Shown piece after piece: positions 22,858-31,430 of a stretch of DNA of 64,000 nt (within the stretch, counting starts at the first letter, position 1; each line of letters opens with the position of its first letter). Both the position numbers and the translations under genes were made by a program. Source of the DNA: Myxococcota bacterium (GTDB taxonomy: Bacteria > Myxococcota_A > UBA9042 > PHBI01 > JAWLBL01). Under the pieces are notes generated by a model that saw nothing but the letters and a program-made list of their open reading frames with translations, searched no databases and was not told where the DNA came from. The DNA is taken from NCBI GenBank assembly GCA_041687695.1, contig JAWLBL010000023.1, forward strand, positions 51,937 through 115,936, given 5' to 3'.

Positions 22858-24012
22858 ATGGTCGGCAGAGCGATGGTCCTGGGACTTGCGGCCGGTTGGG
22901 TGGTCCTGGGGGGCTGCGACGGCTTGTTCGGCGAGCTGAACATCGACCTGCGGTCGGACTCGCGCGGCGGGTACGACTGGCCGGACGGGACGTCGGCCTC
23001 GGGCGAGTACTTCGAGCGCGACGTGGAGGGGGGCGAGGGCGAGGGCGACGCGGAGGTGTCGCAGGGCGCGGAGGTCGATCCCGGGCCGTCGTTCGGAGTG
23101 TGCGCGAGCGATGACGACTGCGTGCTGGCGCTGGCGGTCGAGGGGCCGTGCGCGACGGCGTGGTGCGACGCCGGGGCCTGCCGGCTGCGCTTCGCGTCGG
23201 CGGGGACGGCGTGCGAGCTGGCCAAGCCGCTGGCCGAGTGCCGGGCGGCGATGTGCGACGGCATGGGCCAGTGCGTCGTGGGGCTGGCGGCCGATGGCGC
23301 GGCGTGCCGGGGAGGGGAGCGGACGGACTGCACGCGGTGGGAGTGCACGGCGGGCGCGTGCGGGCAGGTCGCCGAGGACTGCGACGACGGGATCGCCTGC
23401 ACCGAGGACCACTGCTGGGAGGGCGTCGGGTGCCAGCACCGGCCGCGGCACGCGCTGTGTGACGACGGCGACGCCTGCACGACGGACGTGTGCAGCAAAG
23501 ACGAGGGTTGCGTGCACCCGTCGGTGGCCGCGGCCTGCGACGACGGCAACCCCTGCACCGAGGACGGCTGCGACCCGGAGCGCGGGTGCGTGCACACGGC
23601 GGTGACCGGCGCCTGCGACGACGGCAACCCCTGCACGGTGGTGGACGCCTGCGTCGAGGGCCACTGCGTCGCGTTGAGCGAGTACGACTGCGACGACGGC
23701 AACCCGTGCACCGACGACGCGTGCGACCGGGCGACCGGGGCCTGCGTGTCGACGCCCAACACGGCGCCGTGCGCGGACGACGGGCTGCCCTGCACCGCGG
23801 ACGTGTGTTCGGAGGGCGTCTGCACGCATCCGCCGGCGCCGACGGGCTCGCCCTGCACGGACGGCAACGCCTGCACCGCAGGCGACCGGTGCGTGTCGGG
23901 AGCCTGCCAGTGGAAGCAGCTGGTCGACTGCAACGACGGCGACCCGTGCACCGTCGACGCCTGCCACCCCGTGCTGGGCTGCGTGCACACGCCGTCGTCC
24001 CTTTGCCAGTGA
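22858..24012 (+). CDS. Cys-rich repeat lipoprotein (CDDGNPCT repeats)
   Basis: 384 aa from ATG 22858; LGGC lipobox-like; repeated CDDG(N/D)xCT. Confidence 0.8.
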   Translation: MVGRAMVLGLAAGWVVLGGCDGLFGELNIDLRSDSRGGYDWPDGTSASGEYFERDVEGGEGEGDAEVSQGAEVDPGPSFGVCASDDDCVLALAVEGPCATAWCDAGACRLRFASAGTACELAKPLAECRAAMCDGMGQCVVGLAADGAACRGGERTDCTRWECTAGACGQVAEDCDDGIACTEDHCWEGVGCQHRPRHALCDDGDACTTDVCSKDEGCVHPSVAAACDDGNPCTEDGCDPERGCVHTAVTGACDDGNPCTVVDACVEGHCVALSEYDCDDGNPCTDDACDRATGACVSTPNTAPCADDGLPCTADVCSEGVCTHPPAPTGSPCTDGNACTAGDRCVSGACQWKQLVDCNDGDPCTVDACHPVLGCVHTPSSLCQ

Positions 24013-24083
24013 GCCGCCCGCGCGCGGGGCGAGGCGGCGGGCGCGTTTGCGCCGGCGGTCGCTTCGTACTATAGATCGCGCGC

Positions 24084-24347
24084 ATGAGAACGCGACGGAC
24101 ACGGGCACGCGCGGCTGGCGCTGCGCCGAGGGCCGCCGTGCTGGCTGGCGCCTTGGCGAGGGCCGCCGTGCTGGCTGGCGCCTTGGCGAGGGCCGCCGTG
24201 CTGGCTGGCGCGGCGTCGGCTTCGGCCGGCTGCGCGCTGCTGCCCCAGACGTCCACCGAGCTGAACATCGCGTTGGCCATCACCGGCGTGCTGATCGTCG
24301 GGGCCGTCGTCGCGGCGCTGGTCGTGACGTTCAGAGGCAAGAAATGA
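24084..24347 (+). CDS. Small membrane protein/lipoprotein
   Basis: 87 aa; SAGC lipobox-like; C-terminal TM segment followed by RGKK. Confidence 0.5.
   Translation: MRTRRTRARAAGAAPRAAVLAGALARAAVLAGALARAAVLAGAASASAGCALLPQTSTELNIALAITGVLIVGAVVAALVVTFRGKK
24127..24211 (+). repeat. 30-bp perfect tandem repeat, about 2.8 copies
   Basis: CGAGGGCCGCCGTGCTGGCTGGCGCCTTGG at 24127, 24157 and partial at 24187. Confidence 0.9.
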
Positions 24348-24457
24348 CGAGGGGTTCCGACGTCTCGAGGATTGGGGGCTTCCCCTGGGGCGCGCCCCGG
24401 GGTTAGAGTGCTCGCGGTCATCGGGGGTCGGTCCCTACGGAAAAGTAGGGAAGCGGC

Positions 24458-27400
24458 ATGGGTCTGCCCGAAGAGAAGCAGCAGAAGGTCAACGCCAACG
24501 ACCTGGATCCGCAGCAGCGTCCGACCGACGGTCCGGGCGCGGCGGACACCAAGCAGGCCAAGGAGCCTGGTCTGGCGGACCTGGCGGCGCAGGTGCTCAG
24601 CGGCGAGATCACGCTGGGCGAGGCGGTGGGACAGATCCCCGCGCTCGTCAGCTTCCTGCAGGCCACGCTGGGCAACGAGATGGTCGCCAAGCTGCTCGAG
24701 GGCGGCGAGGAGGGCGAAAAGAAGAAGCGCCCCGGCGACGAGGAGGCCAAGGAGCAGTCCGAGACGGAGTCCGAGGAGGACGCGTCGGAGGGCGGCGGCG
24801 ACAAGGCGGCCGAGACGGACGGTCAGGCGAAGTCGCCCAACGTCGGGGGGCGTCAGGCGTTGACCGTGCTCGCGGGCGGCGCGGCGGCGGGCGCGGCGGC
24901 GGCCACGGCCAACGCGGCGGGGGCGAACCCGGACGCGCAGGCCGAGCTCGGCGACAAGCTGAAGGCCAAGGAGGACAAGGCCAAGGCGAAGACCGAGGCC
25001 AAGAAGAAGCCGGTGCGTAAGGCGCGCAAGGCCAAGGCGCAGGACCCGATCGCGTCGCCGCCGACCACCGCCGGGGGCGGCGAGGTGACGACGGCGAAGC
25101 CGCAGGCGCCGGGGAACGAGGAGAACGAGGCGCGCGAGCTCGAGGACGAGACCAAGGACACGACCGACAAGGCGAAGTCGAACGGCGGCGAGGAGAAGAA
25201 GGTCGGCGAGGAGGTCCAGCGGACGGCCAAGGAGCAGGGCAAGGGTGAGCTGAAGGCCGGCCCGGCGACGCCCGCGCAGCAGACGCCGCAGACCGACGAC
25301 AAGGCCGACCCGAACAAGCCGGCCGACCCGGCGACCGACGGGCCGATGCCGTCGGACGAGCAGGTCCTGCAGGAGGTGAACGGCAAGCAGGACGACAAGG
25401 GCAGCGGCGTCCAGGAGGAGGCGAAGAAGACCGAGGACAAGGCCGGCGGCGCGGGCGGCGGCGAGGTGGTGCCGGACGGGCCGGGCGGGCAGGTGCCCGG
25501 GGCGCCGGGGCCGGACGCGGCGACCGAGGGCAAGGAAGACAAGGAGGGCGAGGGCGGGGGAGGCGGCGAGACCGTGCCGGCGGCGCCCGTGGGCGAGGGC
25601 GGCGAGGGCGAGGTGGCGGCGGTGCCCGAGGGGCCCGGCGGGACGCTCGACGAGTACATGGCGGCCAACCCGGACACGGCGGCGGCCGAGTCGGTGGCCA
25701 GCCAGAAGATGGTGACCGACAAGATCGGGCGGAACACGAACGAGCTCCACGGCAAGATCGACCTGCCGCCCGACAAGAGCTGGCTGGACGCGGTGACCCC
25801 GCGGCAGGAGTGGTTCAAGCTCACGCAGGCGGTCAAGGGCAACAAGTGGTCGGGTCAGGACGGCGCCCTGGCCTTCATGACCAACCTGAACTCGATCGTC
25901 GACTTCATCTCGGGCGCGGCCGGCAAGATCGGCCTGGCGGCGACCATCGGCGGGGCCATCCTGACGCTGCTGGTGCCGCCGGTCGGGGCGTTCCTGCTGG
26001 CGGTCGGGCGCGTGATGAACGCGGTGAGCCTGGCCTGCGCGGCGGTGAGGGCGATCTCGAGCATCGTCACGACGGTGATGCTGGCGGTGAAGGCGGCCAA
26101 GGAGAAGGATCCCGCCAAGCGGCTCGAGATGATGCAGGAGATGAAGGCCAACGTGCAGGCCGGCGTGATGGCGGGCATCGAGATCGTGATGTCCAAGATC
26201 GGCGGCGGCGCCAAGGGCGGCGCGGCCAAGGCCGGCGGCAAGGGGATGAACGCGGCCAAGGCGACGTGGAAGGAGGCCGGGGGCCTGAAGGGGGCCATGA
26301 AGCAGGGCTTCAAGGAGGGCGGCGTCAAGGGCGCGCTGAAGGCCGGCGGCGGGCTGGTCAAGGACACGGTGAAGGCCGGGGCCGGCGCGGCCAAGGACGG
26401 GCTGAAGCAGTCGTGGAAGGAGGGCGTGCAGGGGCTGAAGAACACGGCGGCCAGCATGAAGCAGCTGGGCGTCGGGGGGACGCTCAAGCACGGCCTGAAC
26501 ACGGCCGGCGGCGCGCTGAAGGACAAGTTCATCAAGCCGCTGGCGGACCTGCCGACCGCGTTCAAGGAGTTCAAGGGCAGCTGGAAGACGCTCAAGACCG
26601 ACTGGTCGTCGTTCAAGGGGGCCGTCAAGAGCGACGGGTACTTCTCGACCATCAAGTCGATGAACTTCCCGAACTACGGCAAGGAGGGGCTGAAGGGGCT
26701 GAAGAAGGACCTCCTGGACACGACCGGCGGCGGGTACGCGTCGCGGGTGCACATGGGGATGAACGGGGCGCCCAAGAAGGAGGAGAGCAAGCTCCCGGGC
26801 GGGCCGAAGGACGACCGGACGGATCTGCAGCGGTCCATCGACAAGCAGAAGGCGGATCTGGCCAAGCTGGAGAAGGCCAAGAGCGGGTCGCGGGCCGACA
26901 AGATCAAGGCGCTCAACGGCGACGACATGGGCGGGGCGCAGAAGGCGCTGTACGACAAGGGCAAGGCCGACGGGGACCTGTCGACGCGGCTCGGGGCGTA
27001 CAAGAACCGCAAGGGGAGCGAGCTGGACGACGGGTCGCTCGACGTGCTGCTCGACACGAAGATCGCGCAGACCAAGGCGTCGCAGAACCTGCTCATGCCC
27101 AAGAGCAACGGCTCGGCGGCCATGGACTTGGCCAAGTCCGGGTATGACCTGGCGACCGGCAAGGGGGACTTCGGGGATCTGGCGAAGACCGGGCTGAGCC
27201 ACATGGGGGTGGGCGGGTCGACCGCGTCGAAGTTCATGGTGAACGACGAGACCTCGGCGCAGAAGTCGGCGAAGAAGAAGTCGCTCCTGAAGAAGCTGCA
27301 GGAGGACAACGACGCGCGGACGAAGAAGGCGGCCGCGTCGGTCGTGAGCGACGTGCAGGGGGCGCCGCAGTACGGGGTGACGCAGGGCAAGGTGCAGGCG

Positions 27401-29107
27401 ACGATGTCGCCGGTGCTGGGGCTGTTCCAAGAGCGGACGACGCAGCTGCAGGAGGCGATGAGCGCCACGCCGGGTGGCAAGGCGACCGACACCAGCACGG
27501 ACCAGGGTGGGGACGCGCAGGCGAGCGCGCTGCCGCCGCCGCCGCCAGCGCCGCCCGAGGGGATGACGGTGCCGGACGCCGGGCTGCTGGCGGACATATC
27601 GGGGCAGCGCAAGGCGCTGTCGGGCTACAAGACCAGGGTGCAGGCGGACATCGCGCAGGCCCAGGTCTACAAGGAGCAGGCCATCGGCGGGGACGCCAAG
27701 CTGGCCGAGTACGCGGCGGGGCTGGACACGCAGTCGGCGGAGATCGCCAAGGAGAACGAGGCCGCCAAGAAGGACACGGCGGACATCGCCAAGAGCAAGG
27801 AGGATCTGGCCACGGGCGGCAAGGAGATCGCCGCGGGGGCGCAGAAGGCCGAGGGCGAGAAGGGCAAGACGGAGGCCGAGTCGAACAAGGGCTCGGGGCT
27901 GAGCGTGCAGCCCGACGAGGCGAAGAAGCGGGCCGAGGAGGAGAAGGACGCGCGCAAGCGCGAGGCGGACTTCCAGCGCGAGTACAAGAACGCCGGGTAC
28001 CTGCGCAAGAAGTACCTGAAGGCCAAGAAGTGGCTGTTCTCGTTCGCCAATCTGCTCAAGAAGGCGGCCGAGTGGGTCTGGAAGAAGATGATCGCGCCCG
28101 CCATCAAGGCGGTGAAGGCGGCGCTCGGCAAGGTGATGAACTTCATCACCAACATGATGATGTCGGGGATCCTCAAGCTGGTGAAGCTGTTCCTGAGCAA
28201 GGAGGAGGCGAACCGGCTCGACGAGACCTTCGCGCAGATGAAGGAGCTCGAGGCCAAGCAGGCCGAGGCGGCGACCCAGGAGACGGCGGACAAGAACGCC
28301 GAGGCGAAGAAGCAGCTGGGGGACGCGCGGCAGGCGGCGGCGACGAAGATCGAGACGTGCCAGAAGAACGTGGACGAAGGCAACGCGCTCATCGCGGCCA
28401 TCGACGCGCACGACAAGACGCTGGCGGGCGAGTACGCGAAGGTCGACGGGGCGCGCAAGGCGTTCATCGCGCAGTACACGCCGTACTTCGACTGGGTGAA
28501 GCTGCGGGACTCGCAGCCGCCGGCCGAGGACAAGGCCGGTGGTGGCGGTGGCGGCAAGGAGAGCGAGGGCGGCGAGAAGCAGCCGCACCCGGCGGACCGG
28601 CCGCTGAGCCCGGCCGTGGGGGAGGCGCTGAGCGCGGCCTGCGGCATCGTCAAGGAGGACAGCCTGGCGGCCGAGAAGGAGATCGCCGGCAAGTCGGCCG
28701 AGCAGCGCGACAAGGTGCACAAGTCGGCGTGGGGCGTGTACGACGAGAACCGGCGCGACATCGCGGTGGCGGCGGTCGGCGTGCTGGCGCCGTCGGTGGA
28801 CGCGGTGACGCCGCTGTACGACCACGAGCAGGGGCGGGTGAAGGCGGTGCAGAACGCGGCGGACGCGGTGCACGCCAACGTGACGGGGGCCATCGCGTCG
28901 TCCGAGTCGGCGCGGCGCGGGCGGCTCGAGGGGCTGGCCGGAGAGGCGGCGACGCTGTCGACGATGGCGGCGACGAACGGGGCGGCGAAGGCGCGCGACC
29001 TGTACCAGAAGCTGGCGGCCGAGGCGAAGGGCATCGACGAGGCGCGCAGCAAGGCCTACGAGGCCATGAGCGAGGGCTACGCGCGGGCGGCGAAGAGCGG
29101 GGCGTAA
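24458..29107 (+). CDS. Large Lys/Ala/Gly-rich effector- or tape-measure-like protein
   Basis: 1549 aa, strongly gene-like codon use; N-terminal LQATLGNEMVAKLL; acidic disordered region; long hydrophobic hairpin; amphipathic and coiled-coil C-terminal half. Confidence 0.8.
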   Translation: MGLPEEKQQKVNANDLDPQQRPTDGPGAADTKQAKEPGLADLAAQVLSGEITLGEAVGQIPALVSFLQATLGNEMVAKLLEGGEEGEKKKRPGDEEAKEQSETESEEDASEGGGDKAAETDGQAKSPNVGGRQALTVLAGGAAAGAAAATANAAGANPDAQAELGDKLKAKEDKAKAKTEAKKKPVRKARKAKAQDPIASPPTTAGGGEVTTAKPQAPGNEENEARELEDETKDTTDKAKSNGGEEKKVGEEVQRTAKEQGKGELKAGPATPAQQTPQTDDKADPNKPADPATDGPMPSDEQVLQEVNGKQDDKGSGVQEEAKKTEDKAGGAGGGEVVPDGPGGQVPGAPGPDAATEGKEDKEGEGGGGGETVPAAPVGEGGEGEVAAVPEGPGGTLDEYMAANPDTAAAESVASQKMVTDKIGRNTNELHGKIDLPPDKSWLDAVTPRQEWFKLTQAVKGNKWSGQDGALAFMTNLNSIVDFISGAAGKIGLAATIGGAILTLLVPPVGAFLLAVGRVMNAVSLACAAVRAISSIVTTVMLAVKAAKEKDPAKRLEMMQEMKANVQAGVMAGIEIVMSKIGGGAKGGAAKAGGKGMNAAKATWKEAGGLKGAMKQGFKEGGVKGALKAGGGLVKDTVKAGAGAAKDGLKQSWKEGVQGLKNTAASMKQLGVGGTLKHGLNTAGGALKDKFIKPLADLPTAFKEFKGSWKTLKTDWSSFKGAVKSDGYFSTIKSMNFPNYGKEGLKGLKKDLLDTTGGGYASRVHMGMNGAPKKEESKLPGGPKDDRTDLQRSIDKQKADLAKLEKAKSGSRADKIKALNGDDMGGAQKALYDKGKADGDLSTRLGAYKNRKGSELDDGSLDVLLDTKIAQTKASQNLLMPKSNGSAAMDLAKSGYDLATGKGDFGDLAKTGLSHMGVGGSTASKFMVNDETSAQKSAKKKSLLKKLQEDNDARTKKAAASVVSDVQGAPQYGVTQGKVQATMSPVLGLFQERTTQLQEAMSATPGGKATDTSTDQGGDAQASALPPPPPAPPEGMTVPDAGLLADISGQRKALSGYKTRVQADIAQAQVYKEQAIGGDAKLAEYAAGLDTQSAEIAKENEAAKKDTADIAKSKEDLATGGKEIAAGAQKAEGEKGKTEAESNKGSGLSVQPDEAKKRAEEEKDARKREADFQREYKNAGYLRKKYLKAKKWLFSFANLLKKAAEWVWKKMIAPAIKAVKAALGKVMNFITNMMMSGILKLVKLFLSKEEANRLDETFAQMKELEAKQAEAATQETADKNAEAKKQLGDARQAAATKIETCQKNVDEGNALIAAIDAHDKTLAGEYAKVDGARKAFIAQYTPYFDWVKLRDSQPPAEDKAGGGGGGKESEGGEKQPHPADRPLSPAVGEALSAACGIVKEDSLAAEKEIAGKSAEQRDKVHKSAWGVYDENRRDIAVAAVGVLAPSVDAVTPLYDHEQGRVKAVQNAADAVHANVTGAIASSESARRGRLEGLAGEAATLSTMAATNGAAKARDLYQKLAAEAKGIDEARSKAYEAMSEGYARAAKSGA

Positions 29108-29191
29108 ACGACGGCGGCCCGGGGTGCGGAGGATGGTCGTGGGGCCGGCCGGCTGGAAGAGGCTGTCGCAATGACGCCGCCGATGGCGGCC

Positions 29192-29310
29192 TTGGAGTGC
29201 TCCGGCTTGCCGGAGCCCCGGCCCCGGCGGCGTGCCGCCGGGAGCTGGCCGCCAGACCCGGCGCAGCAAGCTGCGCCGGATGGGGGCTCCACCAAGGTGG
29301 AGCACTCCAA
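29192..29310. repeat. Inverted REP pair with internal hairpins (REPIN/BIME-like) between convergent genes
   Basis: TTGGAGTGCTCCGGCTTGCCGGAGCC at 29192; reverse copy TTGGAGTGCTCCACCTTGGTGGAGCC ending 29310; two further hairpins between them. Confidence 0.7.
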
Positions 29311-29399
29311 TTGGCCTTCTGCGACACCCTCTGGAAGGCGGCGGTCCCAGGGCGGCCGATGCGGGCTCTGGTCGTAAGGCCTACCGGGATGGACGCGCG

Positions 29400-31430
29400 T
29401 CAGTCGCCTCGTAGAGGGGCGGTCGCCAGGACGTAGAGCATCGTCAGCAGGGCCTCTTGCTGCGGGCCGTCGAAGGTGGCGCGGGTCGTGATGGTGGGGA
29501 GCCACGGATCGAGGGCGGCGGTCTGGTCGGCGGTGTCGAACAGGACCGTCAGGCCCTGGGCGGCGGCGGCGCAGCGGTCGGGGGCGCCTTCGCCGCACTC
29601 GGTGGCGAGCGGCTCGACCACCAGGTCGACCGTGCCGATGGCGCCCAGGGCGACGGTGAAGGCGTCGCGGTGGGTCGGGTCGCTCATGCGCTCGCGCACG
29701 GCGCGCAGGGTCAGGGCGAGCCCCCGGTCACCGCGGGCCAGCCAGCCGGCGGCGCCGGCCGCGTAGGCGGCCATCGCGGGGCGGGAGACGTCGCCGATGA
29801 AGGGCAGCAGGGCCTTCATGAGGCCGGCCGAGACCTCGGGGGTCAGCGGCGGGGCCAGGTAGAAGGGGCCCAGCTCGTGGGACTGGTGGGCCGACTCGGC
29901 CACCTCGAGCAGGGCCTGCAGGGTGGCGACCTTGATGGGCTCTTCGTCGCCGACCTGCTGCCAGACATGCTCGAGGCCCGCCATCAAGCCGGGCGAGCGG
30001 CGCAGACCGTAGGCCAGACCGGGGCCGATGGCCTCGGCAGGGGCGCCGTCGGCGATGAGGCCCAGCGCGAGGGCGGCGGCGTTGGGGTCCTCGGTGCCGA
30101 GGTGCAGCGCCGCGCCGACGGCGGCGACGCGCACGCCGGCGTCCTGGCTGTCGAACTGGCGCTCGAGCGCGTTCATGACCGTCTCGCGGCTGGCGGCGGC
30201 GACGCGCGGGTGGACGGCCAGGGCCGCGGCGGCGCCCAGGCGCAGGGCCGGGTCGACCGGGGCGACGACCAGGCGCGCCAGCAGGTGTGCGGTCAGCTCG
30301 GGGCAGGAGCGCCAGTGGGCGATGGCGGCGCAGGCCGAGCGCGCCGCGGCGACGACCTGCGGCTCGGCCTTGGCCTCGAGCACCTGTTGGAAGGCGGTGT
30401 GGATGGGGCCGATGGCGCTGGCCATGGGCTCGACCAGGCCCTCGAGGGCGCTGAGGGCGGCCGGGTCGTCCTGGGCGGCGGCCTGGCGGGCGGCGAACAG
30501 GAGCAGATCGTTCTTGCGCTCGCCCGGTGGCAGCAGCTGGCCGATGGCGCGGCCGACCCGGTCGGCGTAGGCGGCGCCCAGCTGGTCGAAGAGCGGCTCG
30601 AGCAGCTCGGGGTCGCCCTCGGCCGCCGCGATGATGACCGTCAGATCGGTCTCGAGCGTCGCGAGGAGCAGCGGGTGGCCGGCCAGCTCCTCGTCGTTGA
30701 GCGCGTCGCGCGTGGCCCGGTAGCGCTCCATCGCGCCCTCGAGCGTGTCGTCGGCGAAGGGGCCGTCCCAGGCCTCGGCGGCCATCAGGGCCGTGCCGGC
30801 GCGGCGCAGCCAGCGCTTGGCGGTGGGCTGGGTCCAGGCGATGCTGCGCTGCAGCAAATCGGCGCGCACGTCGGCGTCCGCGGGGGCGCCCCAGGCCATC
30901 GCGGTGGCGGCAAGGGCGGCGCCCAGCTCGAGCTGCTCCTCGTAGGGGCCGGGGCGCTCGAGGTACAGCCGGACGAGGCCGGCGCCCTGCTCGTCGTGGG
31001 TGATGGCGGCCGCCATGGCGAACACGTCGAAGAGCGACCCGTTCATGCGGTGGTCCATCAGCCCGTCGGCGTCCCCGGTGTCGGCCACCCGCCGAGCGGC
31101 CAGCCACTGGAACACGTCCACGTCCAGCGGCCGCACCAGCTCCCCGCCGGCCGGCGCCGGCACCAGGAGGCCGACCTGCACCGCGAGCTCGGTGAAGGCG
31201 GTCGCCTCGGGCCAGGTCCACTTGTCGGCGACGAGCCGCGCGAGGTCCTGCGTGCTGCCGACCCAGCGCGCCAGCGGCCGCCGCGCCAGCGCCAGCGCGA
31301 GGTCGCCCAGCCCGTCCATCAGCGTCGCCTGGATGCTCTCCTTGACCTTGAGCACGCGCGTCGCGGCCGCCTCGGCCAGCCAGTCGCGGTAGCGCGCCGA
31401 CGGCAGGATGGACATGGATCCGGTCTTCAT
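29400..31430 (-). CDS. Helical-repeat (HEAT-like) protein with NACHT-associated winged-helix-like N-terminus, no NTPase
   Basis: 676 aa; LGDLALAL...GLLV...VFQWLAARRV; HEAT-like DPALRLGAAAAL and DAGVRVAAVGAAL; ATGA overlap with the ATPase. Confidence 0.65.
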   Translation of the reverse strand: MKTGSMSILPSARYRDWLAEAAATRVLKVKESIQATLMDGLGDLALALARRPLARWVGSTQDLARLVADKWTWPEATAFTELAVQVGLLVPAPAGGELVRPLDVDVFQWLAARRVADTGDADGLMDHRMNGSLFDVFAMAAAITHDEQGAGLVRLYLERPGPYEEQLELGAALAATAMAWGAPADADVRADLLQRSIAWTQPTAKRWLRRAGTALMAAEAWDGPFADDTLEGAMERYRATRDALNDEELAGHPLLLATLETDLTVIIAAAEGDPELLEPLFDQLGAAYADRVGRAIGQLLPPGERKNDLLLFAARQAAAQDDPAALSALEGLVEPMASAIGPIHTAFQQVLEAKAEPQVVAAARSACAAIAHWRSCPELTAHLLARLVVAPVDPALRLGAAAALAVHPRVAAASRETVMNALERQFDSQDAGVRVAAVGAALHLGTEDPNAAALALGLIADGAPAEAIGPGLAYGLRRSPGLMAGLEHVWQQVGDEEPIKVATLQALLEVAESAHQSHELGPFYLAPPLTPEVSAGLMKALLPFIGDVSRPAMAAYAAGAAGWLARGDRGLALTLRAVRERMSDPTHRDAFTVALGAIGTVDLVVEPLATECGEGAPDRCAAAAQGLTVLFDTADQTAALDPWLPTITTRATFDGPQQEALLTMLYVLATAPLRGD

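Noticed and set aside
22787..29305. 2172-aa minus-strand ORF
   Set aside because: Antisense shadow of the 1549-aa and Cys-repeat genes
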